Part shown: positions 1-9,479 of the stretch, piece after piece
Position numbering within the stretch: the stretch's first letter is position 1
Layout: each line of letters starts with the position of its first letter
Assembly: GCA_002238785.1 (NCBI GenBank)
Contig: MPNA01000003.1
Coordinates: 121,038-185,037, forward strand
DNA: 64,000 nucleotides
Direction: 5' to 3'
DNA from: a bacterium OM1 bin76
GTDB lineage: Bacteria; Actinomycetota; Acidimicrobiia; Spongiisociales; ZC4RG35
Translations under genes and position numbers: made by a program
Notes under the pieces: model-generated
Told to the model about the DNA's origin: nothing
The model's input: the letters and a program-made list of their open reading frames with translations, nothing else
The model's database searches: none

Positions 1-350
1 GCGGGCGCTACGAGGGAGTGGACGAGCGGATTGCCGAGCACTTCATCGATGAGGAGGTCTCGGTGGGTGACTTTGTGCTGGCGGGAGGGGAGGTGGCGGC
101 CCTGCTCGTCCTGGAGGGGGTGGTGCGCCTGTTGCCGGATGCAGTGGGCAATCCCTGCTCGGTGGTGTTCGAATCATTCCGGGAAGGTCTGTTGGAGGAA
201 CCGGTTTATACCCGGCCGGCCACCTTCCGCGGATGGTCGGTACCGGAGGTGCTCCTCTCGGGGGATCATCAGCGCATAGCCGACTGGAGGCACGCCAAGC
301 GGCAGGAGCGGACTCGTAACCGCCGTCCCGACCTGTGGGATGGGAATTGA
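1..350 (+). CDS. trmD: tRNA (guanine-N1)-methyltransferase TrmD, 5' partial
   Basis: Frame open from the window edge: [30 protein letters not shown] motifs; upstream of rplS. Confidence 0.96.
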   Translation, partial: GRYEGVDERIAEHFIDEEVSVGDFVLAGGEVAALLVLEGVVRLLPDAVGNPCSVVFESFREGLLEEPVYTRPATFRGWSVPEVLLSGDHQRIADWRHAKRQERTRNRRPDLWDGN

Positions 351-360
351 TGATCTGAGG

Positions 361-369
361 TGGTAGAAT
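361..369 (+). promoter_or_regulatory. Possible extended -10 promoter (TGGTAGAAT) for rplS
   Basis: TGnTAGAAT about 58 nt upstream of the rplS ATG. Confidence 0.4.
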
Positions 370-426
370 GAGCGTTTGGCGAACGGCGCCACCATTTCAC
401 CTTCACTAGATATCACAGGTTGCACC

Positions 427-771
427 ATGAACGACATCCAGTTGCTCGAACAAGATTACCTCCGCGAAGACGTACCCGACTTCCGGCCGGGGGACACGGT
501 TCGCGTTCACGTGAGGGTGATGGAGGCCGGCCGGGAGAGGATACAGGTCTTTGAGGGGGTGGTGATCGGACGGAGCGGAGGAGGGCTTCAGGAGACTTTC
601 ACGGTCCGGAAGATCAGCTTCGGGATAGGTGTGGAGCGCATCTTCCCGGTCCACGCCCCGATCGTGAGCAAGATCGAGGTCCGGCGCAAGGGCTTGGTTC
701 GCAGGGCAAAGCTCCACTATCTGCGGGGTCGTTCCGGTAAGTCGGCTCGCATCAAAGAGAGACGCGACTGA
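427..771 (+). CDS. rplS: 50S ribosomal protein L19
   Basis: [39 protein letters not shown]; start moved to ATG 427. Confidence 0.97.
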   Translation: MNDIQLLEQDYLREDVPDFRPGDTVRVHVRVMEAGRERIQVFEGVVIGRSGGGLQETFTVRKISFGIGVERIFPVHAPIVSKIEVRRKGLVRRAKLHYLRGRSGKSARIKERRD

Positions 772-806
772 CCGAACCATCCTCTGAAAGTCAGTTGCCG
801 GGCCCG

Positions 807-1454
807 ATGGAGGGCGGGCTGAGGGAAGTGGAAGAATCAGGTGAACCCGGCATAGAGCAGTCGCGTCCGAAGCGACGGATCAGGTCGGCGGTGGTGGAGA
901 TGGCGGTGCTGCTGGTGGGGGCGGTCGTCCTGGCGGTGCTAATCAAGTCCTTCTTGATCCAACCCTTCGAGATTCCATCCCAATCCATGCACCCCACCTT
1001 GCAGGTGGGAGACAGGGTAATGGTCTCCAAGGTGAGTTATCTCTTCAGTGACCCGGGTCGTGGAGATGTGGTGGTCTTCTCGCCCCCGGGCCGTTTCCAG
1101 CCGGACCGCAATGTGCTGGAGATTGTGTGGCACGAGGTCCGGGAGGCCTTCGGCTGGTACGACATCTCCGAAGCGGACCTCATTAAGCGAGTGATAGGCA
1201 CGGGAGGGGACCTGGTCGAGATTCGGAGGGACGAGATTCGGGTGAACGGCGTCCTCTTGGATGAGCCGTACCTGGGATCCTCCACCCAGGAGGAATCCAT
1301 AACCGTGGTGGTAGAGGAGGACCATCTCTTCTTGATGGGGGACCACCGGGCCAGGTCTTCCGACAGCCGGGTCTTCGGGACGGTTACCACCGACAATGTG
1401 GTGGGCAAGGCGGTGTTCCGGATCTGGCCGTTTGGTCGCCTGGGAGGAATATAG
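807..1454 (+). CDS. lepB: Signal peptidase I
   Basis: One TM helix, IPSQSM (catalytic Ser), LIKRVIG (catalytic Lys), GDHR..S.DSR; start uncertain. Confidence 0.93.
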   Translation: MEGGLREVEESGEPGIEQSRPKRRIRSAVVEMAVLLVGAVVLAVLIKSFLIQPFEIPSQSMHPTLQVGDRVMVSKVSYLFSDPGRGDVVVFSPPGRFQPDRNVLEIVWHEVREAFGWYDISEADLIKRVIGTGGDLVEIRRDEIRVNGVLLDEPYLGSSTQEESITVVVEEDHLFLMGDHRARSSDSRVFGTVTTDNVVGKAVFRIWPFGRLGGI

Positions 1455-1616
1455 GGACCCGCGCCGTTCATGAAATGGAATGGCAATCCGACCTCATGTC
1501 GGGGGACCAGGCAATCCATCTTTCATGCGGGACCCAACTAAGGACCCTGGCTGGATCCGAGGAAGGAAGGAGTACCCGGGGTCTGGATTGTCTCACCTTC
1601 GCCGCAACCTGTATCC

Positions 1617-1982
1617 ATGAAACGGCGAACCAACCATCTTGCGGGCCGTCGGGCTGTCGGGGCCGCCGCTGAGAGCCTGGCCGTGCTGTTCTTGGAGAGT
1701 AGGGGACATCGGGTGCTGGAGCGGAATGTGAAGGTAGGTCGAGGAGAGATAGACATCCTGGCACTGATCAATGGCGAGAGGGCAGTTGTGGAGGTGAGGA
1801 GTCGTTGGGCGGTCGGTAAGAGGAGTCCTCGCGATGCGTTGGAGGCTTTCGACGCCGCCAAGGCGCAGCAGGTCAAGAAACTGGCTGCTTCGCCACGGGC
1901 CCGCACCTCAAGAGTGGACCTGATCGCGGTCGGCTTTCATGATCGGCGGGTGGAGATACATTGGACGCAACGGGTGGTCTGA
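1617..1982 (+). CDS. YraN family (UPF0102) predicted endonuclease
   Basis: G..AE..A..FL..G..VLERN, GEIDI, VVEVRSR; canonical position before comM. Confidence 0.88.
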   Translation: MKRRTNHLAGRRAVGAAAESLAVLFLESRGHRVLERNVKVGRGEIDILALINGERAVVEVRSRWAVGKRSPRDALEAFDAAKAQQVKKLAASPRARTSRVDLIAVGFHDRRVEIHWTQRVV

Positions 1983-1985
1983 GGA

Positions 1986-2099
1986 CTACCCGGCGAACAA
2001 CGCCCAAAGGACTGCGGCGACGATGACCGCCAGAGCAGTGACCACCATCACGATGTCGGCAACGGTCTTACGGTGAGGTCGGAAAGGATTGAAACCCAT
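1986..2099 (-). CDS. Putative 37-aa single-pass small membrane protein
   Basis: MGFNPFRPHRKTVADIVMVVTALAVIVAAVLWALFAG: basic N-terminus then hydrophobic helix; fills the yraN-ECH gap. Confidence 0.5.
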   Translation of the reverse strand: MGFNPFRPHRKTVADIVMVVTALAVIVAAVLWALFAG

Positions 2100-2132
2100 C
2101 TTTGCCCTCAAAGTAGCGCGGCACCGTACTCT

Positions 2133-2918
2133 ATGGGAATCATGTGGCTGGAAACTGAAGATCGGGGCCCGGTGCGGTGGCTGTGGCTGAACCGGCCCCA
2201 TCGCAAGAACGCCATCCCTCCACAGGGATGGGGAGAACTGGGGCAGACATTCGAGGCCTTCGAGCGATCGGACCAGCGGGTGCTGGTGGTGTCCGGACGA
2301 GATGGGGACTTTTGCGCGGGCGCCGACCTTGATCCTTCCGTGGGTCCCCGTTTCCGGGGAGTGGTGGACTCCCAGAACCGCATGAAGAAAGTGGGGCAGG
2401 CCGCAGTCGCCCTGCACAGGTTGAGCAAGCCGACCGTCGCCGCCGTGGACGGGGTGGCGGTTGGCGCCGGGATGGGTCTCGCCCTGGGTTGTGATGTAGT
2501 GGTTGCCACTTACCGCGCCCGGTTCTCGGCCATCTTCGCTCGCCGGGGACTGACCTTGGACATGGGTCTCAGTTGGCTGCTTCCCCGTTTGGCGGGCGCT
2601 CAGTTCGCCAAGGAGGCGTCTCTGTCCGGGCGGATGATCTCCGCTGTCGAAGCCAGGGAGAGGAACCTGGTGTGGGATGTCGTTGATGAGGAACGCCTGG
2701 AAGAACGCGCCTCCGTGGTGGCGGAAGGCTTTCTTCGGGGGGCGCCGGTGGCTCAGATGTTCATAAAACAGGGGTTGAACCGGTCTTGGGAACTCTCCTT
2801 GGAGGAAGCCACCGCCTGGGAAGGACAGTCCCAGTCGATCTGTCTGGGCACCGATGACCACCGGGAAGGAGTAAAGGCCTTTTTGGAAAAGAGGCCGCCC
2901 CGGTTCACCGGTTCCTGA
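2133..2918 (+). CDS. Enoyl-CoA hydratase/isomerase (crotonase) family protein
   Basis: LNRP..KNA, FCAGADL, AAVDGVAVGAG..LALGCD, EGVKAFLEKRPPRF. Confidence 0.93.
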   Translation: MGIMWLETEDRGPVRWLWLNRPHRKNAIPPQGWGELGQTFEAFERSDQRVLVVSGRDGDFCAGADLDPSVGPRFRGVVDSQNRMKKVGQAAVALHRLSKPTVAAVDGVAVGAGMGLALGCDVVVATYRARFSAIFARRGLTLDMGLSWLLPRLAGAQFAKEASLSGRMISAVEARERNLVWDVVDEERLEERASVVAEGFLRGAPVAQMFIKQGLNRSWELSLEEATAWEGQSQSICLGTDDHREGVKAFLEKRPPRFTGS

Positions 2919-3027
2919 CCAAGCCGACATGGCTGTGGGGAGGTGTGTGGTTTAATCCACTGAGTCGCGCCAAAAACCCTGCCGATGTGTATTGACTTGA
3001 TCGAAGGACTTGGTGCAAGGTTCTTTG

Positions 3028-4494
3028 ATGAGCACCAGGATGTTCTCCGCGGCGATGGTCGGTGTGGACCCCCGGCCGGTAAATGTTGAAGTGCATCTGG
3101 GCAAGACCAATTCCAAGTTCGGTCTGGTGGGACTGCCTGACACTGCGGTGCGAGAGGCTCAATACCGGGTCAAAGCGGCCATGGCGTCCTCGGGGTATGA
3201 GATGCCTCGCAGCGAAGTCACCGTCAACCTGGCGCCCGCTGATCTCCCCAAGGCGGGGTCGGCCTTCGATCTGCCCATAGCCCTGGGTGTGCTGCTGGCG
3301 GACGGGAAGGTCTCGATGGGTCACAGGGGCTTGGTGGCTGTGGGGGAGTTGGCCCTGGACGGCCGGGTGCGCCCCTCCCGGGGTGTCCTGGCTGCCGCCA
3401 TGGTGGCCGCCAAACAGGGCATTCCCTGCCTGGTGCCCCGGGCCGCCATGTCGGAAGCAGCCTTGGTGCCGAAGGTGGATTTGTTCGGGGTCGACAAGCT
3501 GTCGGAGGCCCTGAGGGCCATGGAGGGAAGCGTTGAGCCGACTGCGCCTCCGCCGAGCGGGTCGCATGCATCTCCAGTGCAGGATCTGGCAGACGTACGG
3601 GGGCAGGAACTCGCCAGACGTGGTTTGGAGATAGCTGCCGCCGGTCGGCATCACCTGCTCATGTCAGGTCCACCCGGAATGGGTAAGACGATGCTGGCCA
3701 AGCGATTGCCCGGGATCCTGCCTCCCTTGACCCAGACCGAAGAGATGGAGTTGGCCTGTGTATGGGCGGCCGCCCACCGTGGTCGGCCGGTCTCGATCCG
3801 GCCCTTCCGGGCGCCTCATCACACCACCTCGGTGGTGGGACTCTTGGGAGGCGGCAGCGGCATCCCGGTGCCAGGAGACCTGTCCCTTGCTCACCATGGG
3901 GTGCTGTTCCTGGACGAATTGGGGGAATACCCCGCCAACCTCGTCGATGCTCTGCGTCAGCCTCTGGAGGAAGGAACGGTGACAATCACCCGCCGGGGCA
4001 TTTCGACCACTTTCCCATGTCGTGCTCTGGTGGTGGCTGCTACCAATCCCTGCCCTTGTGGGTGGAGGAACGACACCGTAAAGCAATGCCAGTGTTCTCC
4101 GGCGGCGGCAGGCCGCTATCGACGACGTCTCTCGGGACCTCTGCTGGACCGGTTCGACGTCCGGGTGTTCTTGGGGCGGATGGAGACCGAGGAATTGACT
4201 GGTGCTCCCGGTGAAAGCACCGCCGCGGTGCGGCGTCGGGTGGAGCAGGCGCGCCAGATGCAGATTCCCCGTGGCGCCCTCAACGGAGACCTGTCCTCAT
4301 CGGACCTTGATGCCCTACCGTGGGATGGGGGGGCCAGACAAGTGCTCTCCTACAATCTCGACCGGGGAAACCTGACCGGGAGGGGTTATGACCGGGTCCG
4401 CCGGGTGTCCAGGACGCTCGCCGACTTGGAGGGATGCGAACTGGTGACGGACACCCATGTTCTGGAGGCGCTTTCTTTTCGGATGAGCATTTGA
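3028..4494 (+). CDS. comM: YifB/ComM family Mg-chelatase-like AAA+ ATPase
   Basis: VGLPD.AVRE, VNLAPADLPK.G..FDLPIA, GPPGMGKT, FRAPHHT, LFLDE, NPCPCG, LSGPLLDRFD. Confidence 0.94.
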   Translation: MSTRMFSAAMVGVDPRPVNVEVHLGKTNSKFGLVGLPDTAVREAQYRVKAAMASSGYEMPRSEVTVNLAPADLPKAGSAFDLPIALGVLLADGKVSMGHRGLVAVGELALDGRVRPSRGVLAAAMVAAKQGIPCLVPRAAMSEAALVPKVDLFGVDKLSEALRAMEGSVEPTAPPPSGSHASPVQDLADVRGQELARRGLEIAAAGRHHLLMSGPPGMGKTMLAKRLPGILPPLTQTEEMELACVWAAAHRGRPVSIRPFRAPHHTTSVVGLLGGGSGIPVPGDLSLAHHGVLFLDELGEYPANLVDALRQPLEEGTVTITRRGISTTFPCRALVVAATNPCPCGWRNDTVKQCQCSPAAAGRYRRRLSGPLLDRFDVRVFLGRMETEELTGAPGESTAAVRRRVEQARQMQIPRGALNGDLSSSDLDALPWDGGARQVLSYNLDRGNLTGRGYDRVRRVSRTLADLEGCELVTDTHVLEALSFRMSI

Positions 4495-4496
4495 GC

Positions 4497-5573
4497 ATGC
4501 CGTCGGACTCGATTCCCTACTTTTGCCATCGGCTGCAACTGGCGTTCTCGGGACTGCACCCTCAAAGAATCCATTCCCTGGTAATGAAGGCCGGCGACCC
4601 TGCTGGAGCGGTTCACATGATCCGGACCGGGCGTGTGAAAGCAAAGCCGACCGCCCGGGAAGCGGTGAGCATCCCGGCCGAGCAGCGCATGGAGGAACTG
4701 GCGTCCGCCGGCATTCAGGTGTTGTTGCTGGGCAGCGATGGGTATCCCCCCTGGCTGGCTGCGATCCCGGATCCACCGGATTTGTTGTTTGTCAAGGGGA
4801 AGGTGCCGGTGTGGGCTGCTGTGGCGGTGGTGGGATCGCGACGGGCCACTCGCTACGGGCTCACCCTGGCCAGGAGAGTGGGTGAGGCGATGGGCCGGCG
4901 CCGGATCACGGTGGTGAGCGGCCTGGCGCGGGGAATAGATGGAGCGGTTCATGAAGGGGTGGTCGAGGTAAAGGGTTGTGGAGTGGCGGTGCTGGGCTGC
5001 GGTCCGGACCGTTGGTATCCGGTGGGCCATCGAAGCCTGGGAGAGCGGTTGCTTGAATGCGGTGGAGCGGTGGTGACGGAATACCCGCCCGGAACCATCC
5101 CCGAGCCGTGGCGTTTTCCTGTTCGCAACCGGATCATCACGGGCATGGCACGGGTTGTGCTGGTGGTGGAGGCGGCCGTTGGCGGCGGCGCCTTGATTAG
5201 CGCCCGACTGGGTTTGGAGCAGGGAAGGGAGGTGTTGGCGGTACCCGGCGACATCGACCGGGCGACCTCTCGGGGCTGTAACGAACTGATCCGCGATGGG
5301 GCGATGCCCGTTCTGGGAACTGCGGAACTCTTGGAATTCTTGGAGGCCGAAGGTGTTTGTGGTCCCCCTACCGAAGTGGACCGGGATCCCGATTCCAATG
5401 ATGAGAAGAGGCTCAGCGGGCTCGAAGGAGCCATCGGTGAGGTCGGAGCGACGGTGGAGACGCTGATGGAACGGCTGGGATGGCCGCTTTCCCGTGTCCT
5501 GGTTGAAGTGGGCCAGTTGGAATCGCAGGGACGGGTGGCAAGAGAGGGTGGGCTGATTCGATTGAAGGGGTGA
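4497..5573 (+). CDS. dprA: DNA-processing protein DprA
   Basis: VAVVGSR.AT.YG, VVSGLARGID, FPVRNRII, VVEA...GGALI, VPG.I; C-terminal winged helix. Confidence 0.95.
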   Translation: MPSDSIPYFCHRLQLAFSGLHPQRIHSLVMKAGDPAGAVHMIRTGRVKAKPTAREAVSIPAEQRMEELASAGIQVLLLGSDGYPPWLAAIPDPPDLLFVKGKVPVWAAVAVVGSRRATRYGLTLARRVGEAMGRRRITVVSGLARGIDGAVHEGVVEVKGCGVAVLGCGPDRWYPVGHRSLGERLLECGGAVVTEYPPGTIPEPWRFPVRNRIITGMARVVLVVEAAVGGGALISARLGLEQGREVLAVPGDIDRATSRGCNELIRDGAMPVLGTAELLEFLEAEGVCGPPTEVDRDPDSNDEKRLSGLEGAIGEVGATVETLMERLGWPLSRVLVEVGQLESQGRVAREGGLIRLKG

Positions 5574-5711
5574 ACGGTTGTCTCCGCCCACGGGAGCAAA
5601 GGTCGGCTGACCTGGAGTGTGATCAACCGGCGGGGCCACGGGGACATCATGGCGCGCCAGCCACATGTAAATCCCGGAGCCTGGGCGCCGGGGCACCATA
5701 GCATTAAGGTG

Positions 5712-6592
5712 ATGGCGACCATTCCATCCCTTCCGCAGTGGGCGGAACAGACCGTGGAAAGGTATTTGAGTTGGGTGAAGAGGGGGCGGCGACTGTCCTC
5801 GCACACCGTGGATGCCTACCGGAGGGACATCACCCAGTTCGTGGCCTTCTGCGACAAACTGGGCCACCGCTCCATGGCGGGGATCGAGCGTGGTTCTTTG
5901 CGTCGTTGCACACCCGGCGGTATTCCCGGTCGACGGTGGTGCGCAAGGGATCATCGCTTCGTTCCTTCTTCGACCACCTTCACCAAGAGGGAGACATACC
6001 GGCCAATCCGGTGGGGGCCGTCCCGATTCCCAAGGCCAAGAACGTGCTTCCGGTCGCCCTTTCGCAACGCCAACTGGCGCAGGCCATCGAATCGGTGGAT
6101 GGCGGGGCGCCGGTTGACCTGCGTGACCGGGCAATCCTTGAACTGGCATACGCCTGCGGGCTTCGAGTGTCAGAACTGGCTTCCCTGAATGTACCCGTGG
6201 TGCAGGGAAGAGACTTGATAGTGGTCTCGGGGAAGGGGGGAAAAGACCGTACGGTCCCCGTCGGCGCCCCCGCGCAGCGAGCCATCGACCGGTGGCTGGC
6301 GGAAGGTCGTCCCGGTTTGGTCGGGGAGTCCGCCGGGGAGGCGCTGTTCGTGGGAGTGCGAGGCGGGCGGATGGACCCTCGCCAGATCCGCAGGGTCGTG
6401 CGTTACCGGTTGGGCAGTTTCCCACATGCCCTCCGCCATTCCTTCGCCACCCATCTGCTGGAGGGGGGCGCCGACCTGCGCAGCGTTCAGGAACTGCTGG
6501 GGCACGCCAGTCTGGGTACCACCCAGATATACACCAGCGTCAGCCATCGGCACCTGCGCGCCACTCACCACCGCACCCACCCCCGCGCCTGA
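5712..6592 (+). pseudogene. xerC: Tyrosine recombinase XerC-like, frameshifted near 5893-5905 (real lesion or assembly error)
   Basis: N-terminal SAM-like part ([13 protein letters not shown]) in the frame of ORF 5619; catalytic part ([48 protein letters not shown]) in the frame of ORF 5738. Confidence 0.88.
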
Positions 6593-6669
6593 GTCGGCGC
6601 TGTAGGGATCCACAGCCGACCAAGGTGAGCCGCTTTTCTTGGAATTCCCGCCACTCCCTAAACTCGGTC

Positions 6670-6811
6670 TGCAACGTCACAGGCTCGTTCCGTCCACTGG
6701 TCGGGTAAGGTCGTTTTTGGGATCTTCCTGTGGGGCGGGCGCTTCATTTGCGAGCGCTGAACGGAGGAAAACCGTTCGACGGGCCGAGGAAAAACCAGGA
6801 AGGAGTTCTTT
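6670..6811 (+). promoter_or_regulatory. Probable rpsB 5' leader (S2 autoregulatory region) with RBS GAAGGAG
   Basis: Long untranslated stretch upstream of rpsB, as expected for rpsB-tsf operons; structure not verified. Confidence 0.35.
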
Positions 6812-7579
6812 ATGACGTCTACCACGATGAGGGATCTGATCGACGCTGGTCTCCACTTCGGCCACGAGACGCGCCGGTGGAACCCGAAGATGAAACCCTA
6901 CCTCTACTCCCAGTCCAACGGCATCCACATCATCGATTTACGGCAAACTGTCGTCCTGCTGGAGCAGGCCCTCACTTTCGTGCGGGAAGCGGTGGGTGAC
7001 GGCGGGAAGATCCTGTTCGTAGGGACAAAGAAACAGGCCCGCAACAGCATCGCCCAGCACGCCGAGAGCGTGGAAATGCCTTATGTCAACTTCCGTTGGC
7101 TGGGGGGAATGCTGACCAATTTCCAGACCATCCGGCAACGCATTTCCTATATGAAAGAACTGGAGTCTGAGGAGAACAGCGGTGAGATGCTGTCCCGCCC
7201 CAAGAAGGAACGGCTTCGGCTCAGAAGAGACCTGCAGAAGCTCCGCCAAAGTCTGGGCGGGGTGCGCGACCTGAACGAACTCCCTGCCGGGGTCTTCGTG
7301 ATTGATGTGAACGCCGAGGAGACTGCCGTCCGGGAGGCCACTCGGTTGGAGATTCCGATTGTCGCCTTGGTGGACTCCAACTGCAACCCCGAGCCGATAA
7401 ATTACGTCATCCCGGGTAACGATGACGCCATTCGAGCGGCCGAACTGATCTGTTCCATGGTCTCCAACGCCTGTTTGGAGGGACGGGAGTTGGCTAAGAA
7501 GAAGGCGTCGGCCAAAAAGAAGAAGAAGAAGAGCGCTTCACCTGGAAGACCGGCTTCCCGGATCTCCAGGAGAAGGTAA
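6812..7579 (+). CDS. rpsB: 30S ribosomal protein S2
   Basis: AGLHFGHETRRWNPKM, ILFVGTKKQA, RWLGGMLTNF, IPGNDDAIR. Confidence 0.98.
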   Translation: MTSTTMRDLIDAGLHFGHETRRWNPKMKPYLYSQSNGIHIIDLRQTVVLLEQALTFVREAVGDGGKILFVGTKKQARNSIAQHAESVEMPYVNFRWLGGMLTNFQTIRQRISYMKELESEENSGEMLSRPKKERLRLRRDLQKLRQSLGGVRDLNELPAGVFVIDVNAEETAVREATRLEIPIVALVDSNCNPEPINYVIPGNDDAIRAAELICSMVSNACLEGRELAKKKASAKKKKKKSASPGRPASRISRRR

Positions 7580-7581
7580 GC

Positions 7582-8202
7582 ATGGCGGACTTCACAGCCA
7601 AGGATGTCCAAAGGCTCCGCAAACGCTCCGGAGTTGGGATGATGGATGCCAAGAAGGCTCTGGTGGATGCGGACGGCGACATGGACAAGGCCCACGATCT
7701 TCTCCGGGAGAGAGGACTGGCGCAGGCCGCAAAACGAGCAGGTCGGGAGGCCAACGAGGGAACCATCGGGAACTACCTTCACCACCAATCGGGACATCCG
7801 GTGATGGGTGTCCTGGTGGAACTGGCCTGCGAGACCGACTTTGTGGCCAAGAGCCAGGAATTCAATGAGGTGGCCAACGACATCGCGATGCACGTATCCT
7901 GGGCAGCCCCCCGCTGGATTTCCAGGGACGAAGTTCCCGAAGAGATTCTGGCCCATGAGAGCGACCTGATAGCCAGGGCGGCCCATTCGGAGGGCAAGCC
8001 GGAGCGGATCATTCCCCGGATCGTCCAGGGACGCATGGAGAAGTTCTATGTGGAGAATGTTCTAAACGACCAGGTATTCGTCAATTCACAGAAGTTCGAG
8101 GGAACGGTGGGTGAGTTGGTGAAGGGCTTGGCGGCGAAGATGGGGGAGAACATCAAGGTACGCCGGGTGTCGCGGGTGGCGGTGGGAGAGCAGGACTCTT
8201 AG
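7582..8202 (+). CDS. tsf: Elongation factor Ts (short form)
   Basis: LR.RSGVGMMDAKKAL, ELACETDFVAK. Confidence 0.97.
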   Translation: MADFTAKDVQRLRKRSGVGMMDAKKALVDADGDMDKAHDLLRERGLAQAAKRAGREANEGTIGNYLHHQSGHPVMGVLVELACETDFVAKSQEFNEVANDIAMHVSWAAPRWISRDEVPEEILAHESDLIARAAHSEGKPERIIPRIVQGRMEKFYVENVLNDQVFVNSQKFEGTVGELVKGLAAKMGENIKVRRVSRVAVGEQDS

Positions 8203-8913
8203 ATGTCTTCTGCCCGCCGGGTCCTTCTCAAACTTTCGGGGGAGGCTTTCTGCGAACAAGCAGGCGGGTTTGGGATTGATCCGGGCAGGGTGGCTGAAGT
8301 CGCCCGGGAGATCAGCCGGGCTCGGGAGGACGGAGCCCAGATCTCGGTCGTGGTGGGCGGCGGGAACTTCTTCAGAGGAAATGTCCTGGCGGCTCGCGGG
8401 TTGGATCCGGCCACTGCAGACTACATGGGGATGCTTGCCACGGTGATGAACGGACTGGCGCTGCGGGACGCCCTTGAGAATTGTGGCATGACTACCCGGG
8501 TCATGAGCGCTATCACCATGCGGCAGGTGAGCGAGCCTTACATTCGTCTCCGGGCGGTTCGCCACTTGGAGAAGGGACGCATCGTGGTGTTCGTGGCGGG
8601 AACGGGGAATCCGTTCTTTACCACCGACACCACCGCGGCGCTGAGGGCGATCGAGGTCGGAGCGGAGGTGGTGCTGAAAGCAAGCAAGGTGGACGGGGTG
8701 TACAGCGCCGATCCCAACTTGGACGACTCCGCCCGGCTTTTGGCGTCCGCTTCCTACATGAGAGTCATCTCAGAGGACCTCAAAGTGATGGACATGACTG
8801 CCATTACCCTGTGTCGGGAGCACAAGCTGCCTATCGTGGTATTTGACATGACCAAACCGGGCAATGTTTATCGAGCGTTGATGGGAGAACGGCTTGGGAC
8901 CGAGGTGAGTTAG
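8203..8913 (+). CDS. pyrH: UMP kinase
   Basis: RVLLKLSGE, VVGGGNFFRG, DYMGMLATVMN, GNPFFTTDT. Confidence 0.97.
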   Translation: MSSARRVLLKLSGEAFCEQAGGFGIDPGRVAEVAREISRAREDGAQISVVVGGGNFFRGNVLAARGLDPATADYMGMLATVMNGLALRDALENCGMTTRVMSAITMRQVSEPYIRLRAVRHLEKGRIVVFVAGTGNPFFTTDTTAALRAIEVGAEVVLKASKVDGVYSADPNLDDSARLLASASYMRVISEDLKVMDMTAITLCREHKLPIVVFDMTKPGNVYRALMGERLGTEVS

Positions 8914-8922
8914 GGGAGAAGG

Positions 8923-9474
8923 ATGATAGAAGAGGTCTTGGAAGAAGCCGGTCTGATGATGGAGGATTCCATCGAATACGTAACCGGGCAATTCGCCATA
9001 GTCCGGACCGGCCGGGCCAATCCTCAGATCGTGCAGAACCTGCGGGTCAACTACTACGGCGCCTCCCTTCCCTTGCAGCAGTTGGCGAATTTCACGGTGC
9101 CCGACCCTCGCCTGCTGGTGATCCATCCCTTCGACCGCAGCGCCATTCCCGAGATCGAGAAAGCGCTGCATGCTTCGGACCTGGGGATAAACCCGGCCAA
9201 TGACGGCGCGGTGATCCGGCTGGCATTTCCCCCTCTTACCGAGGAGCGGAGGATGGAAATGATTCGCATTGTCAGAAGACAGGCCGAGGACGGCAGGGTG
9301 TCGGTTCGAAACGCCAGGCGTAGAGCCAAGTCAGACCTTGACGCCCTCAAGGGGTTATGCTCCGATGATGACCTGCGGCGCGCCGAGCGCAATCTGCAGG
9401 ACTTGACCAACCGGATTATCAAACAGGTGGACACATTGCTCAAGCGCAAAGAAGCGGAACTCCTGGAGGTTTAG
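8923..9474 (+). CDS. frr: Ribosome recycling factor
   Basis: RTGRANP, YYG, IRL.FPPLTEERR, RVSVRNARR. Confidence 0.97.
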   Translation: MIEEVLEEAGLMMEDSIEYVTGQFAIVRTGRANPQIVQNLRVNYYGASLPLQQLANFTVPDPRLLVIHPFDRSAIPEIEKALHASDLGINPANDGAVIRLAFPPLTEERRMEMIRIVRRQAEDGRVSVRNARRRAKSDLDALKGLCSDDDLRRAERNLQDLTNRIIKQVDTLLKRKEAELLEV

Positions 9475-9479
9475 GAGGG

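Noticed and set aside
1550-1580. GGAAGGAAG stretch resembling the SRP RNA core
   Set aside because: Lacks the CAGG...GNRA...AGCAG symmetric loop
4386-6425. 679-aa minus-strand ORF, and similar long antisense ORFs (e.g. 11633-13027, 21285-22811, 44873-46117, 50291-51406)
   Set aside because: Shadow frames opposite well-supported genes, expected in high-GC DNA; no recognisable motifs
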